The notes beneath the pieces are model-generated. The model was given only the letters and a program-made list of their open reading frames with translations. It was not told where the DNA came from and did not search any database. A DNA stretch of 64,000 nucleotides, from sequence record PQ374922.1, one strand, 5' to 3'. This document shows, piece after piece, positions 17,918-26,940 of the stretch. This DNA is from a phage. Position numbers and translations under genes: made by a program. Positions within the stretch are counted from its first letter, which is position 1. Every line of letters starts with the position of its first letter.

Positions 17918-19578
17918 GCATGCGCCACTTAGACCCAATCCATGCGATCGACTTCTACAAATCGGGGCACATCTATCAGTTCCCTGAAGGCAGTGAGCTG
18001 GTGTTCTCCAACGGAACTCCGCGCTCTAACAAACTGTTCAACTCTCACCTGCCGAAGAACGGCGTGGTGGTCTGGGGCATCCAGGGCTTCATGACCTGGT
18101 TCCACGAACTGTTTGACGAAGCATTCTTCCAGCGCCCGAAGGCCAAGGTGCTGAAGAAGTATGCCCGTCGCATGAACAAAGTCCTGGGTCCAGGCCGCGT
18201 CGGCACAGAGCATATTGAAGCCCTGCATGACCTCGGCTACCTGCCTATCGAAGTCCGTGCGCTGCCTGAAGGCACCATGTGTCCGTATGGCGTTCCGGTG
18301 TATGTGATGTTCAATACCCTGCCGGAGTTCTACTGGCTGACCAACTATCTGGAGACTGTGTTCAGCTCTGAGATCTGGAAGCCGATGACGAACGCCACCA
18401 TAGCTCTGCATTACAAGGCACTGATGGTGAAAGCTGCCCTCGCTACGGGAGTATCACCAGACCATTGGTTCATCGACTACCAAGGTCACGACTTCTCCTT
18501 CCGTGGTATGAGCGGGTGGCATGACGCCGCGTCTTCCGGTTCCGGTCATCTGGTGTTCTTCAAAGGCACCGACACCAACCCTGCCCTGGACTTCGTAGAA
18601 GAGTATTATGGCGCAGACATCGACGAAGACTATGTCGTTGCTGGGTCGGTTGCCGCAACGGAACATGCGGTGATGTGTATGGGCACGAAGGATGGTGAAT
18701 TCGAAACCTTCCGCCGCCTGGTGCAGGACGTGTATCCTGATGGCATCGTCAGCATCGTGTCTGATGCGTGGGATTACTGGCAGGTCATCGACGACTATCT
18801 GCCTCGCCTGAAAGACATTATCATGGCGCGCAATGGTAAAGTCGTGATCCGCCCCGACTCGGGCGACCCTGTACACATCGTCGGCGGCTACCGCATCGAG
18901 GGGTTCAAAGACCGCGCTACGCTGAACATCAGCGGCGTGTCTAGCAGCACCGAAGTTATCCACATCGAAGAGACGAACACCTATCACCTGATCACAGGCG
19001 AAGGCACGATCAACTCTCTGATGGCAGATGACCGTAATATCATCAGCCGTTCAGAAGCGGTCGGCTCTATCCAGCGCCTGTGGGAGATCTTTGGTGGCAC
19101 CCAGACTGAAACTGGGCACTTCCTGTTGGATGAGCACATCGGCCTGATCTACGGTGATTCTATCACCCTGGCGCGTGAAGACCAGATCTTTAGCCGTCTG
19201 GCTGACCGGAACTTCGCTTCCATCAACGTGGTGTTCGGTATCGGTTCCTACACCTACCAGATGAACACCCGTGACAGTACTGGCACAGCAGTGAAAGCCA
19301 CGGCTGGTAAAGTGAACGGTGAATTCCGTGAGATCTTCAAAGAGCCGAAGACCGATAAAGGCGGGACTAAAAAGTCTGCGCGTGGTTTCCTTAAAGTCAT
19401 TAAAGACCCTCAGGGTAAACTAGTGTTGGTTGACGGTATCACTTTTGATCAGGTGCAAGACGCCGACAACCAGCACCAGCTGGTGTATCGTGATGGCGAG
19501 TTCTTCAATACTCAAACACTGGAAGATGCGCGTGTTCGTGCTGCTCCTCTGGTGACGGAACTGGCATCACAAATCTGA
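17914..19578 (+). CDS. nicotinamide phosphoribosyltransferase family (NadV/NAMPT or Namat-like)
   Basis: 554-aa ORF translationally coupled to Prs-like gene (ATGA overlap); recognised as NAMPT-type phosphoribosyltransferase by overall sequence pattern. Confidence 0.8.
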   Translation: MSMRHLDPIHAIDFYKSGHIYQFPEGSELVFSNGTPRSNKLFNSHLPKNGVVVWGIQGFMTWFHELFDEAFFQRPKAKVLKKYARRMNKVLGPGRVGTEHIEALHDLGYLPIEVRALPEGTMCPYGVPVYVMFNTLPEFYWLTNYLETVFSSEIWKPMTNATIALHYKALMVKAALATGVSPDHWFIDYQGHDFSFRGMSGWHDAASSGSGHLVFFKGTDTNPALDFVEEYYGADIDEDYVVAGSVAATEHAVMCMGTKDGEFETFRRLVQDVYPDGIVSIVSDAWDYWQVIDDYLPRLKDIIMARNGKVVIRPDSGDPVHIVGGYRIEGFKDRATLNISGVSSSTEVIHIEETNTYHLITGEGTINSLMADDRNIISRSEAVGSIQRLWEIFGGTQTETGHFLLDEHIGLIYGDSITLAREDQIFSRLADRNFASINVVFGIGSYTYQMNTRDSTGTAVKATAGKVNGEFREIFKEPKTDKGGTKKSARGFLKVIKDPQGKLVLVDGITFDQVQDADNQHQLVYRDGEFFNTQTLEDARVRAAPLVTELASQI

Positions 19579-19585
19579 TAACCGA

Positions 19586-19609
19586 AGGGGAGGCAACTCC
19601 CCTGTTTTG
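19586..19609 (+). terminator. rho-independent terminator after NAMPT-like gene
   Basis: aggggag-gcaa-ctcccct followed by gtttt. Confidence 0.7.
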
Positions 19610-19680
19610 AGGGAAACCTGATGTCTGTGAAGACCGTTATTAAATCCCAACAGGGCTTCGTCTCTGTTAAGTGAGATCAA

Positions 19681-19896
19681 ATGATACTGAAAGAATGTTT
19701 TACCGACCTGAAGGCGACGTCTGAAAGTATTCCGGCTTGCATTCAGAACTATGCTCCAAAGGATGTGCTCTTGGCTCAGCTGGAGCAGTCTCGTGAATTT
19801 ATCAACAATATGCTGGACTCTGTAAAGACGCGCATCGAAGCCGCTGATGAGTCTGAACTTAACCCTTACGCACAAGGCGAAGAAAACAATGATTGA
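19681..19896 (+). CDS. hypothetical small protein (71 aa)
   Basis: ORF after terminator; weak RBS. Confidence 0.3.
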   Translation: MILKECFTDLKATSESIPACIQNYAPKDVLLAQLEQSREFINNMLDSVKTRIEAADESELNPYAQGEENND

Positions 19897-22090
19897 ATCA
19901 TTAGAATTTAAGAATGCGGTTGCGACTGCTGCCCCGTCCAACCATGTAATCGTTGTAGACATTTCCGGCTCTATGTACCGTGCGCTCCCTGAAGTCCGCA
20001 AGCACCTGAAGGAGAACCTGCCATCCCTGGTGAAACCGGAAGACACTGTGAGTGTTCTATACTTCTCATCCAAAGGCGACTTTGGTACTGTGTTCGCTGG
20101 CCGTCAGATCAATGCAGCATCCGACCTGAGCGAAATCAACAATCTGATTGACCGCTTCCTGAAACCGTCTGGTTGCACTGGCTTTGTTGAGCCGTTGAAA
20201 CTGGCGATGGACACTGCTCGTGGCCTGAAGAAGCCTGGCTATGTCAACAACCTGGCGTTCATGACTGACGGGTATGACAACTGCTGGCGTACCAACGAAA
20301 TTCTACTGGTTGCTGAGACCCTGCCATTTGCTTTCGATAACATTACATTTATTGAATATGGCTGGTACTGTAACCGCGAACTGCTGGCGCAGATGGCCGA
20401 ACGCTCTGGTGCTACTCACGTGTTTGCCGAAGGTCAGACCGAATACCAGACCGAACTGGAAAACGTGCTGAAGTCATCAGTGCCGAAGGTGAAAGTTGAT
20501 GTCCCAGTCATCTACACCCATGCCATCTACGTCGAAAACGGTGTGGCAACAGTACTGGCGGTGCAGGACGATGACTCTCACCCGGTCGGCTATGTGAGCA
20601 TCCCTGAGAGCATCACCAAGCTGTGGGTTGTAAACCCTAACATGATCGACCAGCTTGATGCGCTGGCGGATATCCAGGCGGCATACGTGCTGGCGTTCTA
20701 CGGCGTACACATCATGGACGCGGACCTGGTGTGGGCTGCACTGAAGAAAACGGGTGACGTTCGCTTCATCAAACAGTACAGCAACTGCTTCACCAAGCAG
20801 GACTACTCCAACATCAAGAACGATCTGGTTCAGGCGATTGTTGACGACCAGCTGCGCGGCGTTGACGGTATTGACTATGACCTGGTTCCGGCTGAAGATG
20901 CGACCACCGTCGTTGATGTGCTGACGTACCTGGCTGAAGCTGGTGTGCCTGTTGCTACCAAGCATCCGATGTTCTCCTATAAGAGCATCGGGCGCGGTAC
21001 TGTGCAGAAAACCGACGACACCGAAGACAAGCTGGCAGAACAGATCGCGAATGCTCAGTCCAAAGAAGAGCGTAAAGCCCTGGCTCTCAAGCTGGCAGAA
21101 CACGAAGAGTGGAACCCGACGTTCGAACCTACCAACGACCTGGGTGTTGTGCCAATCAGCGATTTGGTCTATAACTCCGAGCGCCCGAACATCAGTGTGC
21201 GTACAATTCAACACGGTACTGTGGCTGTGCCTGAATTCGCACAGAAGAAGTTTGGCCTGCCTGAAGAACTGGACACTTTCCAGTGGCGCAACTACACCAT
21301 CGTCAAAGACGGCATCATCAACGTGAAGACTCTGCCGTTCAAGGCTGATATCGAAGTTGTACAGAAGCTGATCGAAATGGGCGTCCACGTGTTTGGTGGT
21401 CCGGAAGTGTTCATCCTGAACCTGGAAAGCGTACCACTGGTCAACCGCGCCATGGTCAAGAACATCAGTGCTGCTCAGTTCTTTGCGGATAATGTCCGTT
21501 TGGAAGCCCTGAAAGGCAAGCAGAAGGTGCTGAAGTTCTATCGAGACGCCCTGGTTGGTAAGGGTAACGCCAAAGGCCTGGCAGTACAGTACGGTGCTGA
21601 GGCGGCCGAGTTCCTGTCCTCCTACGGTATCCGCGATTACGGCTTCTCACCGAAGACTGAGACCAAAGAGTCTACCGACTTCTACATGAGCCGTGAGCTG
21701 AACGTTAAGATCGCCGGGGCGTCTTCACTACCGAGCATCGCGGCAGTACAGAAGAAGATCGCAGAGAATAAGAAACTCAATGCTGGTGACTTGTTTATCG
21801 CCAATGCTCTGAAAGAGTACGAAGCATTCGTGAAGTCTCCTATGATCACTGCCGTGCCTGAAGCCTTACAGAAACAGCTGATCGAAAACTGGATCGACGC
21901 TGCTGCCAAGGCGGCCATCACCGAAGTCCGTGCCCTGAACAAGACACTGTCTAAAGTGGTGTATGGTATCGTTGCTGGCCACGGCTGGTTCACCGACCTC
22001 GACCTGGAAGAGTCCACCATGGAAGTTGAAGTGGATGGCGTGAAGTACAAGGTCACTGCCGAACTGACAGAGAAAGAAATCAAAATCTAA
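19889..22090 (+). CDS. von Willebrand factor A (vWA) domain protein (733 aa)
   Basis: MIDAS motif VIVVDISGSM...FMTDGYDN near N-terminus; internal ATG 19889 chosen. Confidence 0.7.
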   Translation: MIESLEFKNAVATAAPSNHVIVVDISGSMYRALPEVRKHLKENLPSLVKPEDTVSVLYFSSKGDFGTVFAGRQINAASDLSEINNLIDRFLKPSGCTGFVEPLKLAMDTARGLKKPGYVNNLAFMTDGYDNCWRTNEILLVAETLPFAFDNITFIEYGWYCNRELLAQMAERSGATHVFAEGQTEYQTELENVLKSSVPKVKVDVPVIYTHAIYVENGVATVLAVQDDDSHPVGYVSIPESITKLWVVNPNMIDQLDALADIQAAYVLAFYGVHIMDADLVWAALKKTGDVRFIKQYSNCFTKQDYSNIKNDLVQAIVDDQLRGVDGIDYDLVPAEDATTVVDVLTYLAEAGVPVATKHPMFSYKSIGRGTVQKTDDTEDKLAEQIANAQSKEERKALALKLAEHEEWNPTFEPTNDLGVVPISDLVYNSERPNISVRTIQHGTVAVPEFAQKKFGLPEELDTFQWRNYTIVKDGIINVKTLPFKADIEVVQKLIEMGVHVFGGPEVFILNLESVPLVNRAMVKNISAAQFFADNVRLEALKGKQKVLKFYRDALVGKGNAKGLAVQYGAEAAEFLSSYGIRDYGFSPKTETKESTDFYMSRELNVKIAGASSLPSIAAVQKKIAENKKLNAGDLFIANALKEYEAFVKSPMITAVPEALQKQLIENWIDAAAKAAITEVRALNKTLSKVVYGIVAGHGWFTDLDLEESTMEVEVDGVKYKVTAELTEKEIKI

Positions 22091-22095
22091 TCCAA

Positions 22096-22120
22096 CGGGC
22101 GGGGCAACCCGCCTTTCTTT
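22096..22120 (+). terminator. rho-independent terminator after vWA gene
   Basis: gggcggg-gcaa-cccgcc followed by tttcttt. Confidence 0.7.
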
Positions 22121-22132
22121 GGGAGAAGTAGC

Positions 22133-22456
22133 ATGAGCAGTAAACCAACATATGTTGAAGTCATGCGTCATCTGGCTCAGTACGCCACTGACAATCTGAA
22201 TATGGATCTGTGGCGTGACGATGACAAGCGCAAATTGCTGGACGACGTGGCATCTCAGAACGAGGACGCCCTGGACAAGCTGGCTGGCCTCCGTACCAAG
22301 AAAGACCTCGGCGGTGATGAACTGGATGCCATCGAAATTGTAATGGAACTAGAAGAAGAGTTCAACGTCGAAATCGACGACGGTTGGCTGGGTAGTAAAG
22401 GTGATGACCCGACCATGGGTGAACTCGCTGAACTCGTGGTTGCCCTGCGCAAATAA
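22133..22456 (+). CDS. acyl carrier protein homolog lacking phosphopantetheine-attachment serine
   Basis: KDLGGDELDAIEIVMELEEEFNVEI aligns with ACP [24 protein letters not shown], with Ser replaced by Glu. Confidence 0.7.
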   Translation: MSSKPTYVEVMRHLAQYATDNLNMDLWRDDDKRKLLDDVASQNEDALDKLAGLRTKKDLGGDELDAIEIVMELEEEFNVEIDDGWLGSKGDDPTMGELAELVVALRK

Positions 22457-22579
22457 CAGAAGCCCCCAACAAACGTTGGGGATTTTTACTTTTAGGGGTT
22501 TACTTCCTCTAAGGAATGTCCTATTATTCAATAACTGGCGAACGATGGCGTTCACCAGATTGAGATGAAGGATTACATT

Positions 22580-22819
22580 ATGAAACTGCCTGGTTACGTT
22601 GACATCTATGCCCGCCTCGATAAAGACGGCAATCTGAAAGCCAAAGAATTGACGCACATGATTATCAAGTACGGCGTCGACACTGTGGTCGAAGTTGAAA
22701 ACGAACAAGTTAAAGGTGAGTATGTCAAAATTAAAGGGTGTGGCCTCAGAACAAACCCGACTTACTTTGTGGGAGTTCACCTTGACACAGGTAAAGAAGT
22801 CGTGGAGATGGTGGCATAA
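22580..22819 (+). CDS. hypothetical protein (79 aa)
   Basis: ATG with GAAGGA RBS. Confidence 0.5.
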   Translation: MKLPGYVDIYARLDKDGNLKAKELTHMIIKYGVDTVVEVENEQVKGEYVKIKGCGLRTNPTYFVGVHLDTGKEVVEMVA

Positions 22820-23064
22820 TGTCAAATAAGAACAAGATGGTAGAAACCTCAGTAGAGATTGATCGCAATTGGGGATTGCTCCGCGCTAAAGGGTTCCGCC
22901 GTGTGTATGCGACCAAAGAAGTCTACGCACAGCGTCGTGACGTTATCATCAGCAAGAAAGGCAAAGAGTGGGTTGCTGAAGAAGTTGATGTCGAGACAGG
23001 CATCGTGGGAAAGGTAAAGGCCAAGGCCGCGATCCTCTTCGCTCTTCTGAAGCACATCAGTTAA
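22819..23064 (+). CDS. hypothetical protein (81 aa)
   Basis: ATGA overlap with upstream gene. Confidence 0.5.
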   Translation: MSNKNKMVETSVEIDRNWGLLRAKGFRRVYATKEVYAQRRDVIISKKGKEWVAEEVDVETGIVGKVKAKAAILFALLKHIS

Positions 23065-23079
23065 TTCTATAACTTTGGG

Positions 23080-23107
23080 CGGGGTATGATTACCCCGTCT
23101 ATTTGAA
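23080..23107 (+). terminator. hairpin plus T-rich tract
   Basis: cggggta-tgat-taccccg then tctatttg. Confidence 0.45.
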
Positions 23108-23123
23108 ACCAAGAGACTATATC

Positions 23124-23498
23124 ATGAAAAAGTTAATCCTCGCTGTTGCCCTGCTGGGCGCTTCCTTTGCTGCTGTTTCCGCCCCTCCTGTCATCACCGG
23201 AGTGTCTACCAACGGTGTTTATGCTTTCAAGGCGTATGGCCAAGACCTCGTTCTGTATAAGAACGGGAAGATGATTGAGCGCTGCGTATCAGACGACGTG
23301 AATCGTGGGATCGACAATCAGGGCAGCCCATACGTCCTGGACATCTATTCCTGCTCTAACGGGACGAAGTCCTTTGGCGTCAAGACCTTTGGCAACGTCG
23401 CCGACGGTGGCTGGGGCTTCATGTTCGAAACCCGCAACCACCACCCGGTCAAGACCATGCAAGAAGAGTTCTTGATCTCTGTCGGGGGTACGTTATGA
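23124..23498 (+). CDS. secreted protein with signal peptide (124 aa)
   Basis: N-terminus MKKLILAVALLGASFAAVSA; conserved ctatatcATG start context. Confidence 0.55.
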   Translation: MKKLILAVALLGASFAAVSAPPVITGVSTNGVYAFKAYGQDLVLYKNGKMIERCVSDDVNRGIDNQGSPYVLDIYSCSNGTKSFGVKTFGNVADGGWGFMFETRNHHPVKTMQEEFLISVGGTL

Positions 23499-23782
23499 CA
23501 CCATCAGAGAGAAGTTCTATCAAGGAGATGATCAGAGACAAGGCGTGTGTTGACCATACTCAGTCAGAGAACATCTTGCGCCTGATGGTAATAAAGAACG
23601 ATATCGATAACAGCCGATTCCAATCAGCGCTCTACGGGCTTCTCGAGTTCGTTCTCCGCCAGGCTGATCTTGGTCCTGTCGGTACTCTTGATGATCTAAC
23701 CAAGCTGTTGAACACGGGCGGGGAAACTTTCGACGCCGCTCGTATCCTGATTGACGGTAGACCTGAAGAAGACGAGGTATAA
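23495..23782 (+). CDS. hypothetical protein (95 aa)
   Basis: ATGA overlap with upstream gene. Confidence 0.5.
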   Translation: MTPSERSSIKEMIRDKACVDHTQSENILRLMVIKNDIDNSRFQSALYGLLEFVLRQADLGPVGTLDDLTKLLNTGGETFDAARILIDGRPEEDEV

Positions 23783-23783
23783 T

Positions 23784-23942
23784 TTGGATAAAGAATTGGT
23801 TTGGGAAATTGTGAAGGGTGTCCTAGTAATAATCGCGGTGGTTTTCATCTTGGGTGGGAACTTCTTCTATTGGTTATTCCGATCCGACCAGAAACGTCGC
23901 GAACGCAAGGAGAAAGAGAGAAAGGATCGATGGATGCGCTAA
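23784..23942 (+). CDS. possible small membrane protein (non-ATG start)
   Basis: No ATG in ORF; TTG at 23784 or GTG at 23811 possible; hydrophobic segment then Lys/Arg-rich tail. Confidence 0.25.
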   Translation: MDKELVWEIVKGVLVIIAVVFILGGNFFYWLFRSDQKRRERKEKERKDRWMR

Positions 23943-23974
23943 CTAAGGGATAACCCTATATCCCGAGGTGTGTC

Positions 23975-24424
23975 ATGTTCCTTACATCTTTTATTGACTG
24001 GTTGAACATCATTAACGGCCTGAGGATTCCTGTTGGGAACCTCGGGCTTTCGCGTTCTTCTATGCCACAAATCGATGCCGACAAACAAGAAGATTTTCAC
24101 AAATATCTTGAAGACAACGGCGTGTCCATAGATGCTGTACAAGTGCCCATCAAAATGCTTCGTCTCACCCAGAACGAAATCAACAAGATGAAGGTCTGGA
24201 AGATCATGAAGAACATCAGAAATAAGAAACCTATGGGTCGAGTTTGGGTGTCTTCTGACAATTACGTTGTTGACGGTTCTCACCGATTTGTCGCTGCGTT
24301 GAACATGGACGGCAAACAGCGCATGAAGGTCTACAAAGTTGATTTGCCAGCGATGGAATTTGTTAAACTCGCTAAACAGTTTCAGGGTGTGCGATACAGA
24401 ACGGTCAGCGATACTCGTTTCTGA
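23975..24424 (+). CDS. ParB/Srx-like nuclease domain protein
   Basis: Motif VPIKMLRLTQNEIN ... VVDGSHRFVAA resembles ParB N-terminal domain. Confidence 0.5.
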   Translation: MFLTSFIDWLNIINGLRIPVGNLGLSRSSMPQIDADKQEDFHKYLEDNGVSIDAVQVPIKMLRLTQNEINKMKVWKIMKNIRNKKPMGRVWVSSDNYVVDGSHRFVAALNMDGKQRMKVYKVDLPAMEFVKLAKQFQGVRYRTVSDTRF

Positions 24425-24503
24425 ATACGATAGTTTATTGAATCCCTTTACTCATCATGGTGAGCCGCCTATCATTTCATCCAATGAAATAAGGAGAATC
24501 ACC

Positions 24504-25190
24504 ATGAAACGTTTAATCCTCGGGGTTGTGCTGGCTGGTCTGGCATTACCCGCCGCTGCCAAGCTGAACTCCACAGGTGATAAACTGTGGTCCGACCTTT
24601 CCTATTGTGCTGGGTTCTCCCAGGCGGTTGCCATCGACAAGTCTGGTTCCATAGAGAACTTCGCTGAACTCTGGAACACAGGCAACGTCTCCACTGCTGT
24701 CATCAATGCCGGAATTGAGTTCAACCGTTACAAACAGGGAGCCTATAACCTCAAAGGCTACCTCAATGACGACGAATTTAACCGTGGAGGCATGGAGGCT
24801 GGCGATTTGATCATGACTGGGCGTATGGGCACCCAAGGCCGAATGACCGTAAGACAGTGCCGTTCGCTCCCTTCTCCGGCATTACAGAAGGGTGTGCAGG
24901 TTGGTCGCCGCCACCTGAACCTTATCAACGATGGCAACCAGTGCATCAAAGTATTCGAATACAGCGCTACGCAGACCTCTGATCGCGTCCTGAAGAAGGA
25001 ATGGCGCACCCGCGCTCTTGGTCTCAGAGCCTGGCTGGTTGAGAACGATTATTACTTTGAAGACAGGGTTCAGAACGGTCTGAAAGACCTGGCCACGAAT
25101 CTGAGCGTGAACCTTGATGATCCCCGCATGTCGCGCGAACTCCAGCAGACTCGTGTTGACTGCGACAATATGATGAAGGAGAACGAGTGA
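24504..25190 (+). CDS. secreted protein with signal peptide (228 aa)
   Basis: N-terminus MKRLILGVVLAGLALPAAA; AAGGAG RBS. Confidence 0.55.
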   Translation: MKRLILGVVLAGLALPAAAKLNSTGDKLWSDLSYCAGFSQAVAIDKSGSIENFAELWNTGNVSTAVINAGIEFNRYKQGAYNLKGYLNDDEFNRGGMEAGDLIMTGRMGTQGRMTVRQCRSLPSPALQKGVQVGRRHLNLINDGNQCIKVFEYSATQTSDRVLKKEWRTRALGLRAWLVENDYYFEDRVQNGLKDLATNLSVNLDDPRMSRELQQTRVDCDNMMKENE

Positions 25191-25516
25191 TGAAATGTAA
25201 AATCCTGCTCTTGTTGGTACTGATAGCCGGGTGTGTAAATGCCGCGCCACCGTCTAAACTGAACACATGTGTGGCATGGATGGAGACGTATCAGCAGTTC
25301 CACCCAGATGACAAAGACACATCTATCCTCCTGTCCGACTTCGAGGGGGAGCTGAAGCGCCTTGATCTGTTCAGTGTTGATCAGATAGAGAATGCGCTGG
25401 ATCTTCCCATGATGCTGACTGCGGCTGACAACAGTACACAAACGAAGAAAGACCTGATGTATTGCCGGGGGATTGCCCAGGACTTTGTCGGATTTCAAAA
25501 TAAAGTTTCGGGTTAA
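25190..25516 (+). CDS. predicted lipoprotein (108 aa)
   Basis: Signal peptide with lipobox LIAGC; coupled to upstream gene. Confidence 0.55.
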   Translation: MKCKILLLLVLIAGCVNAAPPSKLNTCVAWMETYQQFHPDDKDTSILLSDFEGELKRLDLFSVDQIENALDLPMMLTAADNSTQTKKDLMYCRGIAQDFVGFQNKVSG

Positions 25517-25555
25517 AATTTAGCCCTACAATGTGAACTGAAGGAATACACTGTG

Positions 25556-26422
25556 ATGCTCCTGACCAAAACAATCGCTGCGGCGATTATCGAAAAGAAT
25601 AAGGCTTTTGCCCCCAACGCAGCCAAAGTTATGTTGGTACACGAAGACGCTCGCGTGATCTTCGCCGAGAAGTTCGAGATGGGCGCGAAGTTCTGGTATG
25701 CCGACAACTTGCGTGAGAGCAAACTTCAGGGTATCATCCACAAACTGACTCTGGTCGCCAAGCGTAATGACCAGGGTGACTGGGTCGGCGTTTCTGACTT
25801 CAGTACGAAGATCACCCCAAAGGCTCCGCTTTCTCGTCAAGAGCGCATTCTGGAAGCCCAGGAAAAGCTGCGTGCGGCTCGGAGTACCCCAAAGGCGAAA
25901 CCAGATGCAAGCCCTGTCATCAAGCCAGCGGTTGTTCCTAAGTCCAAATACCTCCCGCCCGTGAGTCAAAAGGCTGTGGAGCAATTGGTCGAGAAGCGCA
26001 AGGGTGACGTTGTGATGAAGTCTGACTCTTCAGTGGAGCCGTTCAAGCCGGATCCAGCAGAAGTACAGGCGCTGGCAGAAAAGGTAAAGAATTCACAATT
26101 CATTTCCTTGCGTGAACTTGAACCGCCTACTCGCCGTCGTGTCGCCAACGAGCTGTTTGTGTCGTTCAGGTCGGATGGCAAGATCGTCCTGTGCAAAGCC
26201 CTGCGCGATGCAATCCCTTGGACAACTCTGAACATGATGGTCACTCGCGACTTCAAGCGTTTTGGTATCATGCAAGGCAAGGACTACAACGTCAACCAGA
26301 GCGGGACTTATGTTAATCGCGCCATGTGTGACAAACTGACCTTCCCAGAAGATACCGGAACGATCCGTGTCGTTCTGAACTGGGACGACAAGCTGAACAT
26401 GTATGTTGGCGATTTCCAATAA
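25556..26422 (+). CDS. hypothetical protein (288 aa)
   Basis: AAGGA RBS; Lys/Pro-rich central linker. Confidence 0.55.
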   Translation: MLLTKTIAAAIIEKNKAFAPNAAKVMLVHEDARVIFAEKFEMGAKFWYADNLRESKLQGIIHKLTLVAKRNDQGDWVGVSDFSTKITPKAPLSRQERILEAQEKLRAARSTPKAKPDASPVIKPAVVPKSKYLPPVSQKAVEQLVEKRKGDVVMKSDSSVEPFKPDPAEVQALAEKVKNSQFISLRELEPPTRRRVANELFVSFRSDGKIVLCKALRDAIPWTTLNMMVTRDFKRFGIMQGKDYNVNQSGTYVNRAMCDKLTFPEDTGTIRVVLNWDDKLNMYVGDFQ

Positions 26423-26478
26423 TCAATAACCTCGGGCGGCTTATCATAAAGCTGCCCTTTCATTTGAGTGACTATATC

Positions 26479-26940
26479 ATGGAAAAACTTTATTCTATTA
26501 TCGTCGGTCCTGATCCTGACGGATTATTCTTCGCCCCGTTGTCTTATATTGCCCACGCCCGTATCGGTAGCCATTACGCATATTGCACACGTGGCCACGA
26601 CGGTTCCAATATCCTCCATTATAGCCGCCTGAACGATTTCCTGGCACTTCAACCAGAAGATGTTGTGTTGGCGCGTCGCGTGTTCATCGACTTCAACGCG
26701 ATGCACAACAACGAAATCGACGCTCGCTATCATGCCATGCGTTCTATGGAAGGGGGAGACTGCATTTATCGTATCGACCATTTTAGTGAGTTTACCCAAT
26801 CTATTGATTGGTTCGTTTCAGAAAAGACGTTGGGTGAAAGAATCGTCACAACTCCGTGGGCACATGCGGACAACTTCGTGTGTCTACCGATGCGTACAAA
26901 GAAGTCGACAATCTGTGCAACAAGTTCCGCATCTCGGTGA
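26479..26940 (+). CDS. hypothetical protein (153 aa)
   Basis: ATG in conserved gactatatcATG context. Confidence 0.5.
   Translation: MEKLYSIIVGPDPDGLFFAPLSYIAHARIGSHYAYCTRGHDGSNILHYSRLNDFLALQPEDVVLARRVFIDFNAMHNNEIDARYHAMRSMEGGDCIYRIDHFSEFTQSIDWFVSEKTLGERIVTTPWAHADNFVCLPMRTKKSTICATSSASR

Noticed and set aside
20477-21388. 303-aa minus-strand ORF inside the vWA gene
   Set aside because: Fully antisense to a well-supported + strand gene; Arg/Leu/Val-rich composition typical of antisense frames; no RBS
24504-25516. Spanin pair (i-spanin/o-spanin) interpretation of the coupled secreted protein and lipoprotein
   Set aside because: Lengths and compositions are atypical: no coiled-coil-like periplasmic domain, lipoprotein not proline-rich or short; kept as generic exported proteins
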